This document shows, piece after piece, positions 29,301-32,000 of a stretch of DNA of 32,000 bases. A model generated the notes under the pieces. The model saw only the letters and a program-made list of their open reading frames with translations, was not told the origin of the DNA and ran no database searches. The translations under genes and the position numbers were made by a program. The DNA comes from Promethearchaeum syntrophicum (GTDB taxonomy: Archaea > Asgardarchaeota > Lokiarchaeia > Sigyniarchaeales > Promethearchaeaceae), in assembly GCF_008000775.2 (NCBI RefSeq), contig NZ_CP042905.2:2580001-2612000 (forward strand), written 5' to 3'. Positions within the stretch are counted from its first letter, which is position 1; the number at the start of each line of letters is the position of its first letter.

Positions 29301-30247
29301 TGGATTATTTAAAATTGTTTTTAGATAACCGATCAACCTCAGGATCGGGGACTGTGAAAGTTTATAAAAGTGCTATTCTTCGTTTCTTAAAATTTATTCA
29401 AAAAACCGATTTGGAAGACATAAATCGCGAAGATTGGGAGAAGTATAGAAAATATTTAGATGGAAGAAACCTGAAAAAGAGTTATAAATTAAATCAAGCA
29501 AAATATCTCAGGTCTTTCTTTGATTTTGTGGAAGATAATTTACGATCTAAACATATTGACTTCTTTAATCCAATTCCAAAAATAAAATTTGTTAGATTTA
29601 ACCCTGATCAAGGACTAAATTTAAAGGAAAAGGAAGAAAAAGAAAAGGATGAATTTTATACCATAGAACAAATGAAATTAATCTTTAGTAAATCCAATCT
29701 AGTAGATTACGAACATTTTATGCAAATAATCCTACTAACTTTTTGTGGAATGAGAGGCAGTGAAGTAATGAGCATAAAAAAGGATAATCTTGATTTGGAT
29801 AATAGATACCTGGTAACTGGTCAAGAAATGAATGCTCGTAAATCCCAAAAAGATCTTTATTATGTATTCCCCGAATTAGTAGCAAATATGTTATGGGATT
29901 ATCTTCAAATCCATGAAAAGAAATATGGAAAAGATGTAAATTGGTTATTTCCTTCTCATTTTTACAATCATAAAAATTATGCAAAAATCAGAAGCCTTCA
30001 ATCGTTCTTAACTTCTTTGAATGTTCCTTTCAAATGTAGAACCCATAAATTTAGGCATTCAATTTCAAGATTTAGAAGAGCAAATAACTTTTCTCGTGGA
30101 GATCGAGAAACATTAAGTAATCATTCAAGTTTATCTTTGGAAGATCGAATATATGCAAAAATTCCGATTGAAAAAAGAATAAAAATATATGATGAATGTT
30201 TTCCCAAAGAATACAAAGCATTACTGTTACATATTGATTCGCTTTGA
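29300..30247 (+). CDS. Tyrosine recombinase / phage-type integrase
   Basis: N-terminal SAM-like core-binding region; catalytic-domain signatures TFCGMRGSEVMS (Arg), CRTHKFRHSISRF (HxxR), LSNHSSLSLEDRIYAKI (His...Tyr). Preferred ATG at 29300 in TAATG overlap; the listed start is 29285. Confidence 0.87.
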   Translation: MDYLKLFLDNRSTSGSGTVKVYKSAILRFLKFIQKTDLEDINREDWEKYRKYLDGRNLKKSYKLNQAKYLRSFFDFVEDNLRSKHIDFFNPIPKIKFVRFNPDQGLNLKEKEEKEKDEFYTIEQMKLIFSKSNLVDYEHFMQIILLTFCGMRGSEVMSIKKDNLDLDNRYLVTGQEMNARKSQKDLYYVFPELVANMLWDYLQIHEKKYGKDVNWLFPSHFYNHKNYAKIRSLQSFLTSLNVPFKCRTHKFRHSISRFRRANNFSRGDRETLSNHSSLSLEDRIYAKIPIEKRIKIYDECFPKEYKALLLHIDSL

Positions 30248-30277
30248 ATACTATAACATTCAGATGTCATGTATCTT

Positions 30278-30297
30278 CGCGAAATACCTATTTCACG
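30278..30297. repeat. Short dyad CGCGAAATA-CC-TATTTCACG just downstream of the recombinase
   Basis: 9-bp arms with one mismatch and a 2-bp centre, 31 bp after the integrase stop codon. Confidence 0.5.
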
Positions 30298-30400
30298 TAG
30301 AATCCTATAGTTCTAGATAACATTTAGAAATATTTTTTTCTTAGACAAGATAAAAATTGAAAAAAATATTGATTTATCTTGGCTAATTTTTTTTTCATTA

Positions 30401-30415
30401 ATTTTGTGGGAAATT
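30401..30415 (+). repeat. 15-bp direct repeat ATTTTGTGGGAAATT, copy 1
   Basis: Identical to 30903-30917. Confidence 0.85.
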
Positions 30416-30428
30416 ATTTTTTGGATTT

Positions 30429-30820
30429 AGTAACAGAAATTATTTTTTAATTTTTATTTCCTGATTTCTTAAAAAACATGGTAGCAATGGTAGCAATGGT
30501 AGCAACTTTTTTTTCCATCTAAAACTGTTTAGTATGGGATAAAAAAATTAAATTATAATACGATAATGAAATTTATGTTAAAAAAATACTAAATTTGTTT
30601 AGGTATTGAAGTAATATTCTTCTAAAAATAGTTCTTGAGAATTCGAAAAAATATTAAAATTGGTAGCAATGAAAGTAACAATGGTAGCAATTTCTAATTT
30701 TGTTACTAAATGTTACTATTTGCTACTTTTTTTTGGTAGCAATTTTTCTTTCTAATACACTTTATTTTTAATTTATTTTTGATAAAATTGTTTATTTTTA
30801 TAGTTGCTACCATGCTACCA
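30429..30820. repeat. Iteron-like cluster of short motif [AG]GTA[AG]CA (strong form TGGTAGCAA) in both orientations
   Basis: Direct: 30429 (AGTAACA), TGGTAGCAA at 30479, 30488, 30497, 30661, 30682 and 30734, AGTAACA near 30674. Inverse: TGTTACT 30701, TGTTACT 30711, TGCTACT 30721, TTGCTACCA 30804-30812, TGCTACCA 30813-30820. Confidence 0.8.
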
Positions 30821-30902
30821 TAAATTTTTAAATTTTTTTTCCCAGATATTTTTCAAACAATATTTATCTTTTTGGAAATCGGTAGACAAAACTATTGGTA
30901 GT

Positions 30903-30917
30903 ATTTTGTGGGAAATT
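30903..30917 (+). repeat. 15-bp direct repeat ATTTTGTGGGAAATT, copy 2
   Basis: Identical to 30401-30415. The two copies bracket the iteron-like cluster. Confidence 0.85.
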
Positions 30918-31013
30918 TTCTTGAAATCTTCCCTTTAGTTATTTTATAATCATAAGAAAATAAATCAAAAATGTAGAAGAAATTGAACTGTTTTCAATCT
31001 TTAAATTTTCAAA

Positions 31014-32000
31014 TTAATTCATAATCGAAAAAAAATCTCCTTTCTCTTGAAGATATTTCTCGTTAATCCATTTTTCAAAAAGTAAACTTAAATTGTCTTC
31101 GGTTAGATTTGGTTTCCTGGCTATTGTCTCCCAAATATCTTCAAAAGTAAATCTGTTTTGATTATTTTTCGCAAATTCTTTTATAAATTCCTTTATTTCT
31201 ACTTGAATTTCTTTGGATAAAATATTTTTAGATATTGAATTTAAAGTAATTCCATCATCATCTTTCTTGATTTCTTCCATTTTAGAATCTGGGATTTTAT
31301 TTCCAGTTAACTTCCGATATTCTAAATTTACTCCCCTTTTTGACTTTCCACATGATTCCCATCGAAAGTTTACAGTAATTTTTACTTCAGGATCAATTTG
31401 TTCAAAATATTCTCCTAATTGAGGTAAACTCCTAAAAATTCTAAACGATTTTCTTCTTGCATAATCATTATACTCTCCTAAAAAACGGTGTGTTAAATAG
31501 ATCACTTCTTTTATCCGATCAACCATTAAAATCGGAATTTTTGTTTCATAATTATACTCGCTTTCTATAAATGATAAAATTGCATAAAGATCTTCTTTCT
31601 TTTTTTCTATTGTGGCATCTTCAAACTCTTTAATAAAATCAAGTAAATGATCTGACTTATTTTCTAAGAACTTATCTAAAATTATATTTGGATATTCAGG
31701 GAGATATTTATTAAAAATAAATTTCCAAATTGACAAACTAACAAGTATGAAGGCATTTATTGTAATTCTTCTTGGATCCGATAAACGAATATTATTGGAT
31801 TTACATAATTGAGCAATATATTTTCTCTTCTCCAATATAATATATTCTAAAACATCCAAATCATTTCTTATTTTTACTTGATCTTTTTTATCAATCCCGA
31901 ATTTTCCAAAATCTTTAATATATTTTATTGCTTCGGAAAGAAATAGATATCCACACGCTTTTGAATCTTTTATTGAATAAGAAATGTCTTCAAATATTGA
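31014..32000 (-). CDS. Hypothetical protein, 5' end beyond the window
   Basis: The frame stays open on the minus strand to the window edge (upstream translation ...SKACGYLFLSERIAIKYIKDFGKFGIDKKDQVKIRND before the listed TTG at 31859). No family recognised. Confidence 0.65.
   Translation of the reverse strand, partial: SIFEDISYSIKDSKACGYLFLSEAIKYIKDFGKFGIDKKDQVKIRNDLDVLEYIILEKRKYIAQLCKSNNIRLSDPRRITINAFILVSLSIWKFIFNKYLPEYPNIILDKFLENKSDHLLDFIKEFEDATIEKKKEDLYAILSFIESEYNYETKIPILMVDRIKEVIYLTHRFLGEYNDYARRKSFRIFRSLPQLGEYFEQIDPEVKITVNFRWESCGKSKRGVNLEYRKLTGNKIPDSKMEEIKKDDDGITLNSISKNILSKEIQVEIKEFIKEFAKNNQNRFTFEDIWETIARKPNLTEDNLSLLFEKWINEKYLQEKGDFFSIMN

Noticed and set aside
30479-30520. Short peptide gene ATG GTA GCA ATG GTA GCA ATG GTA GCA ACT TTT TTT TCC ATC TAA (MVAMVAMVATFFSI)
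   Set aside because: Only 14 codons with no supported start context. The same motif recurs in both orientations in noncoding DNA, so a DNA-level role is more likely.

Overview
AT-rich, gene-dense window. It is most likely archaeal, plausibly Asgard-like; this is an inference from TATA-like promoters, a four-subunit KorDABC-type enzyme and gene style, not from a marker gene. Supported content, left to right: the C-terminal part of a serine beta-lactamase-family membrane protein, cut by the window edge; an ABC-type ATPase/permease pair; a 3146-aa secreted, membrane-anchored protein built from 28 tandem 93-aa Ig-like repeats, with a cytoplasmic helical TPR-like tail; a complete ISL3-like insertion sequence (about 1.77 kb, 21-bp perfect terminal inverted repeats, candidate A8 target duplication) lying directly upstream of a second large secreted, C-terminally anchored protein. 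These are followed by a polytopic membrane protein; a saccharopine-dehydrogenase-like protein; a membrane protein with a C-terminal CxxC/CxxC motif; a YbaK/ProX-type editing-domain protein; a ketopantoate-reductase-like protein; korDABC; an MFS transporter; and an AhpD/CMD-like protein. The right end holds a translationally coupled RHH-wHTH regulator plus tyrosine recombinase with a perfect palindrome over its TATA, then about 770 bp of noncoding DNA with 13 copies of a short [AG]GTA[AG]CA motif, and part of an unknown gene. The most interesting signals are: (1) the indel-free, internally homogenised repeat array with a 932-bp duplication offset by exactly 10 units; (2) the mapped IS ends, which change the start call of the next gene; and (3) the iteron-like noncoding locus beside the recombinase module.
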